Positions 1-10,142 of a stretch of DNA of 64,000 bases are shown here, one piece after another. The DNA comes from an uncultured bacterium (lineage in GTDB: Bacteria > Patescibacteriota > Minisyncoccia > Phycocordibacterales > CAIJYI01). A program made the translations under genes and the position numbers. Where the stretch lies: assembly GCA_903824855.1 (NCBI GenBank), contig CAIJYI010000043.1:177-64176 (forward strand). The letters run 5' to 3'. Positions within the stretch are counted from its first letter, which is position 1; every line of letters starts with the position of its first letter. Below the pieces are notes generated by a model that was not told where the DNA came from, ran no database searches, and worked only from the letters and a program-made list of their open reading frames with translations.

Positions 1-1
1 T

Positions 2-622
2 ACTTGTCCTATCCCGCTCTCTTATAATGGAAAATCTATCGCGCGAAAATTTTTGGACAGGGTGCTTAACTGTCGGGCTTATTTTCCAAAATCTGAAATA
101 ACAGTTCGATATGCACCGGAATTTCATCCTTACGCGGAAACTGATCCGCAAGAGATTGGAGCGGAATTTGAGAAATATTCAAAGATTTATTTTCACGGCA
201 GATGTTTTGTTTTGCGAAATGAAGCCGTCTGGGATGTTCCGGAAAATACAGTGGGAGAGGATACTTATTTAGACAGAAGTATTCATTTTCGATTTGGTCC
301 GGGAAGTATTCGAACAATGTACGATGCCAAAATATATTTTTATCCAATGAGTACATTGGGGGAATTCTCAAAAACGTTCTACCGAGTTTACTGTGACTTG
401 AGAAATTTAAAACACATACACCCCGAACGAAATGATGTCAGAGAATATTCTAAAACAAAGCTTGATTGGAATTACATTCGAACACTCCCAATTAAATGGC
501 AATTCTTTTTTATGACTTATTCTGTCGTCAGAAAATATTATCATTTCCTTTTTAAACATAATCTCGCTTATTCAGGAAAATCGGCATTGGACGTCTGGTC
601 TTATGAGCAAAAAACCCATTAA
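2..622 (+). CDS. 5'-truncated protein, possibly the C-terminal part of a family 2 (GT-A) glycosyltransferase
   Basis: Frame is open from position 2. HGRCF...GEDTYL resembles the GT2 ED motif, and the gene lies directly upstream of a GT4 gene. Confidence 0.45.
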   Translation, partial: TCPIPLSYNGKSIARKFLDRVLNCRAYFPKSEITVRYAPEFHPYAETDPQEIGAEFEKYSKIYFHGRCFVLRNEAVWDVPENTVGEDTYLDRSIHFRFGPGSIRTMYDAKIYFYPMSTLGEFSKTFYRVYCDLRNLKHIHPERNDVREYSKTKLDWNYIRTLPIKWQFFFMTYSVVRKYYHFLFKHNLAYSGKSALDVWSYEQKTH

Positions 623-628
623 TTTTTT

Positions 629-1747
629 ATGAAAATAGCAATTCATCAACCAAGGGTCAGTTATTATTATGGCGGAGGCGAGCGTGTTCCTCTTGAACAA
701 GCGAGTCACTTTTCTAAACTCGGTCATGAGGTTTTTGTAATAACAACGGAAGTGAACAATAAATCTCAACTCTTTTTGGATTTTCAAAAAAATAACCCGA
801 AAGTAAAAATCGTTGCTTTTAAACCGACTGACAAGCTGAAAGAAATTTACAAAAAAGAACTTGGACAAAGCCGTCATCGGGCTGATGCGGAATCTCTTGA
901 ATTCGGAAGAATGACCAAAAACTTTTATTTGGCGAACCAATTCGATATTGTCGCTACCCACTATACGGTTGATTCTTTATACATTCCGAATAACCAGTTT
1001 GTTGTTCTGGAATTACATGGGTGCCCCTCAAAACGAAGGATGATAGATGCGAGGTCTTTGGAAAGAGCGAACGCTCTTGTTTGCGTAGCTGAATACGTTG
1101 GAAATTTTTGGAAAGAAATGTATTTGATTACAAGGCAGATATATCTTACCTACAATGGTATAGATAGCTCATACTACACTCCGGAGAAAAGAGCGAAAAT
1201 CTACGATCTCCTTTATGTAGGCAGATTGATAAAAATAAAAGGCGTCGATGATCTTTTGCATTCAATAAAAAATGTCGCTCAAAATTTTCCAAAAATACGG
1301 TTCGCGATAGTCGGAAAAGGACCGGAAAGCGACCGATTGCATACTCTTGCTAAAAAATTGAAAATCAATCATTTGATCGATTGGAAAAACTCCATTGCCG
1401 ATTGTGAACTTTTGGAACTTTATCGTGCCTCAAAAATTGGGGTTTTCCCGTCAACGGCAAAAGAGGGTGTTTTGACTACTATGCTGGAGGCGGCTTCTTG
1501 CGAGATTGCAGTAATAACCACAAACAGTTGCGGAATGCCGGAGTTTCTTAAAAACAATAAAAATGGTTTACTGGTTGAACCGCATAACGTTACAGAATTA
1601 ACATCGGCAATAGAAAAACTTTTGAACGATGATAAACTCCGAAACTCTCTCGGAAAGAAAGCGCGTGCTGATATCGTTCGTAATTGGACTTGGGAAACAA
1701 GAGCGAAAGAATTAATTAAGATATACAAACTATGTCTGAAAAAATAA
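629..1747 (+). CDS. Glycosyltransferase family 4 (GT-B)
   Basis: GGGER N-terminal motif, YVGRLIKIKG, and EGVLTTMLEA (EX7E). Confidence 0.92.
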   Translation: MKIAIHQPRVSYYYGGGERVPLEQASHFSKLGHEVFVITTEVNNKSQLFLDFQKNNPKVKIVAFKPTDKLKEIYKKELGQSRHRADAESLEFGRMTKNFYLANQFDIVATHYTVDSLYIPNNQFVVLELHGCPSKRRMIDARSLERANALVCVAEYVGNFWKEMYLITRQIYLTYNGIDSSYYTPEKRAKIYDLLYVGRLIKIKGVDDLLHSIKNVAQNFPKIRFAIVGKGPESDRLHTLAKKLKINHLIDWKNSIADCELLELYRASKIGVFPSTAKEGVLTTMLEAASCEIAVITTNSCGMPEFLKNNKNGLLVEPHNVTELTSAIEKLLNDDKLRNSLGKKARADIVRNWTWETRAKELIKIYKLCLKK

Positions 1748-2574
1748 ACAAATTATATATCACTTCCGGAGAAGCAACACTTCTTGTTGAATCGGAGAAT
1801 TCAGCAATTTTGAGTGATCTCCAAAATGAGGCTTTTGTACGGAGCCATATTCCGAGCGCAATCATAAGCACGGAAACTTTAGAGAAGGTCGTCGCATCGC
1901 TATTGATCAAGAATTCAGAACAATTTGATGTGATTCTGAAATATCCTGATGTTGTTTGTTTTCAACCTGAAAAAGTTGATACTCGCGGGGTGATAGCCCT
2001 GATGGGTTATATTTTAGAGCGTGCAAATAACGAGAAAGGTGTTTATTCGGTGCATTCTTCTGTTATCACTAAAAATAATAAAGCAATTGTTCTATTTGGC
2101 GGTACAACAAACTTGGGAAAAACAAGTATCGCAAAAATAGCATCGGAAAAATTTGCTTGGTCATTTTACTCCGATGAAATGGCACTTATAGATAGTAACG
2201 ATGGGAAAATAATCGCAGGTGGAAAAATTGTAACCAATAGCGATTCTTTTGATGATTTCAATTTACCCGAAACAAAAGAAACCTTTGAAATTATCGGATT
2301 TGTTCATCCTCATATAGATAATGGTTTGAACAAATTTGAGAAATGGAACAGCGATAAATTTTTCTGGCACCTAAAAGAAGAACTCGCGAGAAAAATACGC
2401 GGTGGTTCAAAAGCGATACATTTTTTTAGTTATCCGCTAGGCTCGTTGGATACTTTTGATATCGCAAGCAAAAGACTTTTATTCGCTAAAAATCTTTCTG
2501 AAAAAATACCGTGCTACGAAATGAGAGGGGATCCGGAGTATATAGGAAAACAAATTACTGAAATTTTTAAATAA
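1732..2574 (+). CDS. HPr-kinase-like P-loop protein
   Basis: VHSS, GGTTNLGKTS (Walker A variant) and YSDE occur in the order seen in HprK-like kinases. Confidence 0.55.
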   Translation: MSEKINKLYITSGEATLLVESENSAILSDLQNEAFVRSHIPSAIISTETLEKVVASLLIKNSEQFDVILKYPDVVCFQPEKVDTRGVIALMGYILERANNEKGVYSVHSSVITKNNKAIVLFGGTTNLGKTSIAKIASEKFAWSFYSDEMALIDSNDGKIIAGGKIVTNSDSFDDFNLPETKETFEIIGFVHPHIDNGLNKFEKWNSDKFFWHLKEELARKIRGGSKAIHFFSYPLGSLDTFDIASKRLLFAKNLSEKIPCYEMRGDPEYIGKQITEIFK

Positions 2575-2614
2575 CAAAAATTGTTTTATTCGCTAAAAAG
2601 CATATAATTGTCAT

Positions 2615-3121
2615 ATGGCAAAATTCACTGAAAAATCAAGTTGGGAGGGTCAAGAAATTACCTATACTTGGCTTCCGACTTCGGATGTTAAAAATTATAT
2701 TCCTGTCACCCAGGTATACGGCGTTTGTATAAATGATGAGGGCAAAATTCTTGTAATCAAAGATAAACGTTGGCAGATTCCAGGCGGTACCCCCGAACAG
2801 GGCGAAACAGCCGAAGAAACATTGCAACGGGAGCTTGTCGAAGAGGCGCAAGTTGAAGTTGATAAGCTTGTTCCTCTCGGTGTTCAGGAAGTAAAATATC
2901 CAAATAATCCGAATAAAGACCAAGGCGAATTGTTTTATCAATATCGCTATCTCGCAATTATCACAAAATTAAATCCAACCGCACCTGATCCTGCTACAGG
3001 AAGAGAATATGAAAGAAAATTTGTTTCCTTTGACGAGATTGATGAATACGTAAAATGGGGAGGAGTCGGAACTGAAATGTTTAAAGATGCAAAAGTTGTT
3101 TTTCAAGAAATGAAAAAATAA
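2615..3121 (+). CDS. NUDIX hydrolase
   Basis: Nudix box GGTPEQGETAEETLQRELVEEA. Confidence 0.92.
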   Translation: MAKFTEKSSWEGQEITYTWLPTSDVKNYIPVTQVYGVCINDEGKILVIKDKRWQIPGGTPEQGETAEETLQRELVEEAQVEVDKLVPLGVQEVKYPNNPNKDQGELFYQYRYLAIITKLNPTAPDPATGREYERKFVSFDEIDEYVKWGGVGTEMFKDAKVVFQEMKK

Positions 3122-3157
3122 TGAATAAAAAAATACTCCGTCATTAAGGCGAAGTAT

Positions 3158-3622
3158 TTACGTATGGGGCGAATAAATATATTCAATCACTTCTTCAGCT
3201 TCTTCTTCTGTATCGGTGGAATGAACTAAATTTTCCGCGGTGAGTTTAATATTAAGCTCTTTTTGTCTCGGGTGTTTATTTTCTTCCCAAAGTGCGATAT
3301 CTTCTTTTGTAAGTTCTATCCAAGAAGCGCTATTTTCTTTTCGGAAGCGTTTTTTAAGTTCTGTGACTTTGTTTATCGCATCGTCACCTGAAACAACCAG
3401 TGTCATACACGGACCGGAAAGAATGAAGTTTTCAAGGTCTTGATAAAAATGCTTGTCGAGGCAATCTCTATATATGAAACGTGCCGCCCCTTGTTTTATT
3501 TCAAGTTGTTGCTGATTTTCCGCACTTAGCCCCATTGATAATAATTCCGAAAGGAATAGTTTTACAAGACCGCGTTTGAGACAATCTGGCTTAAATAATA
3601 CAAATACTTTTTGGATGCTCAT
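3158..3622 (-). CDS. ndk: Nucleoside-diphosphate kinase, divergent
   Basis: VLFKPD, ILSGP and NLVHSTD (catalytic His). Start reassigned to ATG 3622, which follows AAAGGAGG. Promoter TTGACA-17-TATAGT. Confidence 0.8.
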   Translation of the reverse strand: MSIQKVFVLFKPDCLKRGLVKLFLSELLSMGLSAENQQQLEIKQGAARFIYRDCLDKHFYQDLENFILSGPCMTLVVSGDDAINKVTELKKRFRKENSASWIELTKEDIALWEENKHPRQKELNIKLTAENLVHSTDTEEEAEEVIEYIYSPHT

Positions 3623-3683
3623 TTTCGCCTCCTTTGAAAAGATTGAAATATTCTGTAATATACTATATAATAATGGCTCAAAT

Positions 3684-4235
3684 ATGTCAATTTTCAGAAA
3701 TAAAAAAATATTCTTTTTTGATGGCGATGGAACCATCTGGTACCCAAAGGAAACCAAGCGAACAAAGGCTCCTTATTGGGTATATGGCGACACCAATAGT
3801 GCGGAAATTAACACGTCTGGTATTGAAAAACTCGTGGTTAGCGACACAACTTTTGAAACACTAAAGGAACTTAATCAAAAAGGTGTAAAACTTATTTTGC
3901 TTTCAACACACCCTCACGAGCCGGAAATTGCTCAACAGGTATTACATATGAAATTAGCTCATTTAGGTTTGCTTAATATATTTTATGAGTGTCTCGCAAC
4001 AGATGGACGACCGGAAGCAAAAGGCGAAGAAATACTCAAATTTCTAAAAAAATATAAATTACCAAAAACGCAGGCACTGATGATTGGAGATAGTTACTCG
4101 TATGATTATCTCTCCGCAAAAAAAGTTGGTGTTGATGTGGTGTTGCTAAAATCGGATTATTTGAAACATCCACCCCGTGGGCCACGAGTTAAAAAACTTA
4201 TAGATGAAATAAGGGATGTTATCGGCTTTTGTTAA
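3684..4235 (+). CDS. HAD-superfamily hydrolase
   Basis: FFDGDGT motif I and MIGDSYSYD motif IV. Confidence 0.88.
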   Translation: MSIFRNKKIFFFDGDGTIWYPKETKRTKAPYWVYGDTNSAEINTSGIEKLVVSDTTFETLKELNQKGVKLILLSTHPHEPEIAQQVLHMKLAHLGLLNIFYECLATDGRPEAKGEEILKFLKKYKLPKTQALMIGDSYSYDYLSAKKVGVDVVLLKSDYLKHPPRGPRVKKLIDEIRDVIGFC

Positions 4236-4264
4236 ATGGTTCAATATCCCCCCCCATCTATCAC

Positions 4265-4295
4265 AAAAAATACCCTTGTAAAATAAGGGTATTTT
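4265..4295. terminator. Bidirectional intrinsic terminator between the HAD gene and tmRNA
   Basis: AAAATACCCTT/AAGGGTATTTT inverted repeat between convergent genes. Confidence 0.75.
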
Positions 4296-4301
4296 GATCT
4301 G

Positions 4302-4688
4302 TGGAGATGGGGGGAATCGAACCCCCGTGCAAAAAGGAACTCTTGGTGCCGGTACAAACATAGAATATTTTTTTGGTTTAAATCTGATAAGTCTTAAATA
4401 GACAAAATCTTATCAGTATCGAGCTTCCTTTGTTTTGAAAATGCGCCGAAGCGCTCGCATTTTCTATCCCGATGTTATTACACCTTTTCCTTTTTATCAG
4501 GATTCAAAAAGAAAAGATGCCGAATTTACGCTAAAGCGAATTCCGGAGTAAAGTATGGTGAAACCATAGCTGTTACTTTTGAAGATAAGTTTGCACTTAT
4601 GCATTTTCCTGCGCATTTTGACGGGCGAGCAGGAGTAACCGGTTTGAGCATTCAAGAGGACGGCTTATTGTCTAGGCCGATCATCCCC
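4302..4688 (-). ncRNA. ssrA: tmRNA; tag ORF 4594-4526 encodes (A)ANLSSKVTAMVSPYFTPEFALA*
   Basis: 5' GGGGATG pairs with 3' CATCTCCA (G3.U70-type alanyl acceptor). T-arm GGGGGTTCGATTCCCCC. Resume codon GCA; tag ends in ALA. smpB is nearby. Confidence 0.95.
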
Positions 4689-4712
4689 ATGGGTATTTCA
4701 AAGTACTGGTTC

Positions 4713-4741
4713 AGTATACACCCAAAAAGATGACTTGTCAA
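4713..4741 (-). promoter_or_regulatory. Sigma70-type promoter of ssrA
   Basis: TTGACA-17-TATACT on the minus strand. Confidence 0.8.
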
Positions 4742-5010
4742 ACACTGTTTTCTATGTTGCTATGATTTTCTGTTGATTGTTTTTTATTAAGACGGAGATA
4801 GATCGAAAGAGTTTCCTCTAACGTTTTTACCGAAAAAATAATGTTATTACAAAGGCCCGGAAATGGGTTTTTTCTTATTTGAGAAATCTTGACAAAAGTA
4901 CATTCAAAATTGTTTGACATGGTATTAAAAAGATGTATGATTGTCACGATTTGGGGAACTCTCCAAAGCAACGTTGTTCCATGACATTTTAAATTATAGA
5001 GGAAATAAGA

Positions 5011-6852
5011 ATGGAAAATACTTTTATAGATGTATTGGTTTCGTGGTGGTGGGTTATCCCGCTTATCGCGGCACTCGTTTATTGGAAACAGATATTATTG
5101 CTTTTCTTTGGGATGAAAATAATTCCTGAAAACCAGCTTGGTATCGTTTACAAAAAATTTGTTATCTTCGGCAAAAATGCTACGTTGCCTGACGGTAAAA
5201 TTATCGCTTTGAACGGTGAAGCAGGTCATCAAGTCGACGCTTTGGCTCCCGGTATTTACTGGGGCTACTGGGTTTGGCAATATGATATTACTCTTGCCAG
5301 TTTTACCAACATACCAAAAGGTTTTATCGGAGTTGTTGAATCTCGCGATGGTAAGCCTATTTCAGGCGGACGCAACCTTGGAAGGAAAGTCGATTCCGAC
5401 GCGTTTCAAAACGCTCGAGCATTTCTTGAAAACGGTGGTGAACGTGGTCCTCAAATAGACTTCATTCCTGCCGGTGCGTGGCGTATTAATACCGCATTAT
5501 TTAATGTGAAGGATATTGTTCCTGTAAAAAATATTCCAAACGGAAAAATTGGTATCGTAACAACAAAAGACGGTCAATCTCTTCCAACCGGTGAAATTGC
5601 CGGTAAAGAAATCTTTGGTCATAGTTCGTTTCAAAATGGACAAGCGTTCATTGATAACGGCGGATATAAAGGTACTCAAGAGCAAGTAATTTTGTCAGGT
5701 AACTACTTTATCAACCCAATGTTTGCTGATGTTGAAATTCAGGATATGACGCCTGTTGCAATGGCACATGTCGGTGTTGTTATCGCCTATGTCGGCGAAG
5801 CGGGCGAAGATGTTACCGGTGATACTTTCAAACATGGTAATTTGGTAAAACGCGGTCAAAAAGGCGTGTGGATTGACGGTTATGATCCGGGTAAATATCC
5901 GATTAACTATGTGACTCATAAGCTTGAATGTGTTTCTACCGCAAACATCGTTTTGAACTGGGCTGATAGTAAGAGTGAATCGCATAATCTTGATAAAGAA
6001 CTTTCAACGATTACCGTTCGTTCGGCTGATGGCTTTAAGTTTAATTTAGATGTAAGCCAGATTATTCATATTCCACGATCTGATGCTCCAAAAGTTATTG
6101 CTCGTTTCGGTTCTGTCGCCAACTTGGTAACACAGGTTCTTGAACCTACCATCGGCAACTATTTTCGTAACGCGGCTCAAAGTTCCGACGCTATTGATTT
6201 CTTGAAACAACGTCAGGAAAGACAAGCTGATGCAAGGAAAAAAATTGCAGACGCTCTGATTGAATATAACGTTGTTGCAGTTGATACACTTATTGGTGAT
6301 ATCGTTCCTCCTCCTGAATTGATGAAAACTCTAACGGATAGAAAAATCGCTGAACAAGAAAGGGTAACATATGAAACTCAACGTGGTGCGGAAGAAGTGA
6401 AGAAAGAACTGATGCAAGCGAAAGCTCTTGCTGATACTCAGCCATTGGTTGTTACCGCTCAACGAAAAGTTGAGATTGCAAAATTCGATGCTGCTGCCGT
6501 TATTGAAAAAGCCGGTGGTGACGCAAAATCAAAAACAGTAAACGCTGAAGCTGATGCGCATGTACTTGAAGTGATGGGTGTTGCGAAAGCATCAAACGTT
6601 AAAGCGGTCGGTCTGGCCGAATCAGAAGTTATCAGGTTGAAAACGGCTGCGGTTGGTCAATCCAATTATGCTATTATCGAAGTCGGTCGCGCTCTTGCGG
6701 AAAATCATATTAAATTGGTTCCCGAAATTTTCGCCGGTGGTGGTAATGGTCAAGGTGGCGGAACGCTCGTTGATGTACTTATCGCAAATATTTTACGCGA
6801 TAAAATGCTTGCAACCGAAGTGGTAAAAAAAGCAGAAACCCTTACCGAATAA
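5011..6852 (+). CDS. SPFH/band-7 (flotillin-like) membrane protein
   Basis: N-terminal transmembrane segment, repeated GERGPQ/GYKGTQ beta modules, SPFH core (ITVRSADGF...EPTIGNYFRN) and an Ala/Glu coiled coil. Confidence 0.85.
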   Translation: MENTFIDVLVSWWWVIPLIAALVYWKQILLLFFGMKIIPENQLGIVYKKFVIFGKNATLPDGKIIALNGEAGHQVDALAPGIYWGYWVWQYDITLASFTNIPKGFIGVVESRDGKPISGGRNLGRKVDSDAFQNARAFLENGGERGPQIDFIPAGAWRINTALFNVKDIVPVKNIPNGKIGIVTTKDGQSLPTGEIAGKEIFGHSSFQNGQAFIDNGGYKGTQEQVILSGNYFINPMFADVEIQDMTPVAMAHVGVVIAYVGEAGEDVTGDTFKHGNLVKRGQKGVWIDGYDPGKYPINYVTHKLECVSTANIVLNWADSKSESHNLDKELSTITVRSADGFKFNLDVSQIIHIPRSDAPKVIARFGSVANLVTQVLEPTIGNYFRNAAQSSDAIDFLKQRQERQADARKKIADALIEYNVVAVDTLIGDIVPPPELMKTLTDRKIAEQERVTYETQRGAEEVKKELMQAKALADTQPLVVTAQRKVEIAKFDAAAVIEKAGGDAKSKTVNAEADAHVLEVMGVAKASNVKAVGLAESEVIRLKTAAVGQSNYAIIEVGRALAENHIKLVPEIFAGGGNGQGGGTLVDVLIANILRDKMLATEVVKKAETLTE

Positions 6853-6884
6853 TTCGGTAATAATTGTTCTTTATAGAGTAAGTC

Positions 6885-6916
6885 AAACGCCCCGACGAAA
6901 GTCGAGGCGTTTTTTT
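6885..6916. terminator. Terminator between the SPFH gene and smpB
   Basis: AAACGCCCCGAC-GAAA-GTCGAGGCGTTTTTTT. Confidence 0.75.
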
Positions 6917-6925
6917 AAATATTTT

Positions 6926-7372
6926 TTATCTTGTCTTATATTCTCTCGCAATATCACGCTCCGTATCTCTTTTTTTAATGACTTCGCGTTTGTCGTATTT
7001 TTTCTTTCCTCTTACAATGGCGATTTCAACTTTGATTTTCTTTCCTTTTAGATACATTGAAATGGGAATAATTGTGAGACCTTTTTGTCCTTCGGCGCGG
7101 GCGAGTTCTGCGATTTCCGATTTTGTTAAAAGAAGTTTTCGTGTTCGGTCGGTTTGATATGCGGAGACGGCATTATTTGGCTGATAGAGGGGGATAGTGA
7201 CACCGACGAGAAAAGCCTCACCGCCACGAACAAGAACACGTGCACCGTCAAGCGAACCGCGTGAATTTTTTATGGATTTCACTTCATGGCCAAGAAGTTC
7301 AATGCCCGTTTCGAATTTTTGCATCACCTCGTAATCGAAATGCGCCTTTTTGTTGTAAACAAGATTCGCCAT
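6926..7372 (-). CDS. smpB: SsrA-binding protein
   Basis: NKKAHFDY, ETGIELLGHEVKS, RTRKLLL and GKKKYDKR. Start at ATG 7372. Confidence 0.97.
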   Translation of the reverse strand: MANLVYNKKAHFDYEVMQKFETGIELLGHEVKSIKNSRGSLDGARVLVRGGEAFLVGVTIPLYQPNNAVSAYQTDRTRKLLLTKSEIAELARAEGQKGLTIIPISMYLKGKKIKVEIAIVRGKKKYDKREVIKKRDTERDIAREYKTR

Positions 7373-7495
7373 AGGTATAGTATAGCAAACAGAGACGAGC
7401 TTGACAAACAATGTCTTATGAGCTATCTTGAAAAAAGATTTCGTTCAGCTGTTGGCTGATGAAACATTGATTCTTAACAAAACAAGGAGAAAGAG

Positions 7496-7666
7496 ATGAG
7501 CGATGCATTTTTTGACTGGAAAACAAAAAAAGTTGTTGAAGTAAAGGAACCACCGATATTTGAAGTACCTACTGCTGCCACTGTCGCAAAACGGGAAGCC
7601 GAAGGGTATTATATCGTCACTGATTCTGATTTACTTTGCGGTGGAGAGTATGACTACGGAAAGTAA
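7496..7666 (+). CDS. Small hypothetical protein, 56 aa (MSDAFFDWKTKK...), not in the ORF track
   Basis: TTGACA-17-TATCTT promoter and AAGGAG 6 nt before the ATG. Stop overlaps the next gene. Confidence 0.6.
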   Translation: MSDAFFDWKTKKVVEVKEPPIFEVPTAATVAKREAEGYYIVTDSDLLCGGEYDYGK

Positions 7667-7970
7667 ATATAAACATCTGGATTACGGAAAAGAACTTAAG
7701 CAATTTATTTTTGAGCAAAAAGACAAGAAAAGACAAGCGTTGAAAGATTTAAAAGAGGCGAAAACTAAAATTTTAGAAGTGAAGCTTCTTTTGCTTTTGG
7801 CGGACCATAAAGGGTTATTGGAATCCGCGGGCGTTAATCCCGGAAAAATGGAGGCCAGTATACTTTTGCTCGGTAATGTTACTGAAAATTTAGGTACTGA
7901 AATACAAAAATTGCAAAAGCTTGTCGATGCACAAAACAATGGTGATGGTCCGGTAATCGGGCATCCATAA
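7650..7970 (+). CDS. Hypothetical coiled-coil protein
   Basis: GGAG before ATG 7650; followed by a terminator at about 7979-8006. Confidence 0.6.
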   Translation: MTTESKYKHLDYGKELKQFIFEQKDKKRQALKDLKEAKTKILEVKLLLLLADHKGLLESAGVNPGKMEASILLLGNVTENLGTEIQKLQKLVDAQNNGDGPVIGHP

Positions 7971-8036
7971 AAGTAACGAGTCCCGCATAATTGCGGGGCT
8001 TTTTTATTTTTGGCTTTGTGTTATGATATTTTGTAT

Positions 8037-9992
8037 ATGAATGAAATAAATAACGAAAAAAACAATAATCACGAAGAGAAAGGGAAAAGTCCTGAAAAGA
8101 AGAACGGAATAAAAATGCCCGAAATGAGCCCAACAAAGCAATTTCTGACAAACATCGGCGGTTCTCTGCTTATTTTTCTTGTCCTCATAACACTCTATTC
8201 ATACATCTCTGATGAGCAGGCTAAGAAGCCAACAGAAATTACCCTGACACAACTTTCCTCTTACGTTAAGAAAGGTGAGGTGAAATCTATCACGATTGAC
8301 GGCGAGAAACTTTCTATTGAGTTAAAGAACAAACAGTTAAAGGAATCAAAGAAAGAGTTAGAAGCTTCTCTTTCTCAAACGTTGGTGAATTACGGAGTAA
8401 CAGGCGAACAACTTTCTTCGGTGCAGACAAAAGTTGTTGATGCTTCAGGTTTCTGGTTTTGGTTTACGAATTTGGCGCCAATTCTTATTCCCGTCATCTT
8501 TATCATTCTTCTTTTCTGGATGCTCACTCGGCAAGTGAAAGGTGCCGGAGTGCAAGCGTTTACTTTCGGACAATCAAAGGCTCGCATTATTGATCCTGAT
8601 GACGCTAATCAACAAGTTACTTTTAAGGACGTTGCCGGTGTAAAAGAAGCGAAAGAAGAATTGAGTGAAATTGTTGATTTCTTAAAAAATCCAAAAAAAT
8701 TCTTGGACATCGGTGCGAGAATTCCAAAAGGTGTCATCTTAATGGGTGCGCCGGGAACAGGAAAGACGTTGCTCGCGAGGGCTGTCGCAGGAGAAGCTCA
8801 TGTTCCTTTCTTCCATCTTTCAGGTTCTGAATTTGTGGAAATGTTTGTCGGAGTCGGTGCTTCTCGTGTGCGCGATTTATTTAAAATGGCGAAAAAAGCT
8901 GCGCCTGCAATTATATTCATTGACGAGATTGATGCCGTTGGACGTATTCGCGGTACCGGTGTCGGCGGAGGAAATGATGAACGCGAACAAACCTTAAATC
9001 AGATTCTCGTCGAGATGGATGGCTTTGAACCGAATGAAAAAGTTATCGTTATCGCCGCAACAAATCGCCCCGATGTACTTGATCCGGCTTTGCTTCGCCC
9101 CGGACGTTTTGATCGCCGCGTCACTCTTGATTTACCTGACCTTGATGACCGAGAAGAAATCCTAAAAATTTACGCCAGGAAAAAACCGTTTGCTGAAGAT
9201 GTGAACTTGCGACTGCTCGCAGAACGAACACCCGGATTTTCCGGAGCTGATTTGTATTCTCTTATGAATGAAGGTGCCATTCTCGCCGCAAGAGAAGCGC
9301 GCAAAAAAGTGGCGCAATTTGATCTCATTCGTTCCATTGAGAAAGTTATGCTCGGACCTGAACGCAAAAGCCATTTGCTCTCCAAAGACGAAAAGAAAAT
9401 TACCGCTTATCACGAAGTCGGACATGCGCTCGTCGCTTCCGTTCTTCCTCTTGCTGATCCGGTACAAAAAGTTTCCATCATTTCTCGCGGACATGCCGCC
9501 GGCTATACACTTACGCTCCCTCTTGAAGAAAGAAAATTGCAAACCAGAAAAGAATTTCTTGATGACATTGCAAAATTGCTCGGCGGATATGCTGCGGAGA
9601 AATTAATTTTTGGAGATATTACAACAGGTCCTTCCAACGACTTGCAGGTTGCAACCGCACTTTCACGAAACATGGTGACACGGTGGGGAATGTCGGATAG
9701 AATCGGCCCTGTAGCACTCGAAGATCCGTCCGGAAAAGTTATTTACGGAAGGGGTATCGGAGAGAAAGAATATTCCGAAGAAGTTTCCGCGATGGTTGAT
9801 TCCGAGGTTTCGATTATGATGAATGAAGGATTAAGACGAGCGAATGAAGTACTTGCGATTCACCGAAAAGCGCTTGACGCAATTTCCGAAGAACTCATCC
9901 GCGCAGAAACAATCGAGCACAAGGAATTCGAAAATCTCTTAATTGCGAACGGCATCACTCCAAAGAAAAAAATAGAAGAGGAAATTAAATAA
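8037..9992 (+). CDS. ftsH: ATP-dependent zinc metalloprotease FtsH
   Basis: Two transmembrane segments, [13 protein letters not shown], the SRH motif and HEVGH. Confidence 0.98.
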   Translation: MNEINNEKNNNHEEKGKSPEKKNGIKMPEMSPTKQFLTNIGGSLLIFLVLITLYSYISDEQAKKPTEITLTQLSSYVKKGEVKSITIDGEKLSIELKNKQLKESKKELEASLSQTLVNYGVTGEQLSSVQTKVVDASGFWFWFTNLAPILIPVIFIILLFWMLTRQVKGAGVQAFTFGQSKARIIDPDDANQQVTFKDVAGVKEAKEELSEIVDFLKNPKKFLDIGARIPKGVILMGAPGTGKTLLARAVAGEAHVPFFHLSGSEFVEMFVGVGASRVRDLFKMAKKAAPAIIFIDEIDAVGRIRGTGVGGGNDEREQTLNQILVEMDGFEPNEKVIVIAATNRPDVLDPALLRPGRFDRRVTLDLPDLDDREEILKIYARKKPFAEDVNLRLLAERTPGFSGADLYSLMNEGAILAAREARKKVAQFDLIRSIEKVMLGPERKSHLLSKDEKKITAYHEVGHALVASVLPLADPVQKVSIISRGHAAGYTLTLPLEERKLQTRKEFLDDIAKLLGGYAAEKLIFGDITTGPSNDLQVATALSRNMVTRWGMSDRIGPVALEDPSGKVIYGRGIGEKEYSEEVSAMVDSEVSIMMNEGLRRANEVLAIHRKALDAISEELIRAETIEHKEFENLLIANGITPKKKIEEEIK

Positions 9993-10031
9993 TTTTAAAA
10001 AACTCCGCAGCAATGCGGAGTTTTTGTTTTT

Positions 10032-10058
10032 TCTCAGGAAGGTCGGACCTTCCTGAGA
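10032..10058. repeat. REP-like perfect palindrome (AGGTCGGACCT type)
   Basis: TCTCAGGAAGGTC-G-GACCTTCCTGAGA; a near copy lies at 32574-32594. Confidence 0.65.
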
Positions 10059-10142
10059 TTAAAATACTCTCCGTTTGACATTTTCTTTCTGGTGGCGTAT
10101 CCTATTCTTGGTTCAGTTTTTTTTGAGAAAAAGGAGCAAAAA

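Noticed and set aside
4146-4361. Minus-strand 71-aa ORF
   Set aside because: It overlaps the tmRNA 3' end and terminator, so it is a shadow ORF.
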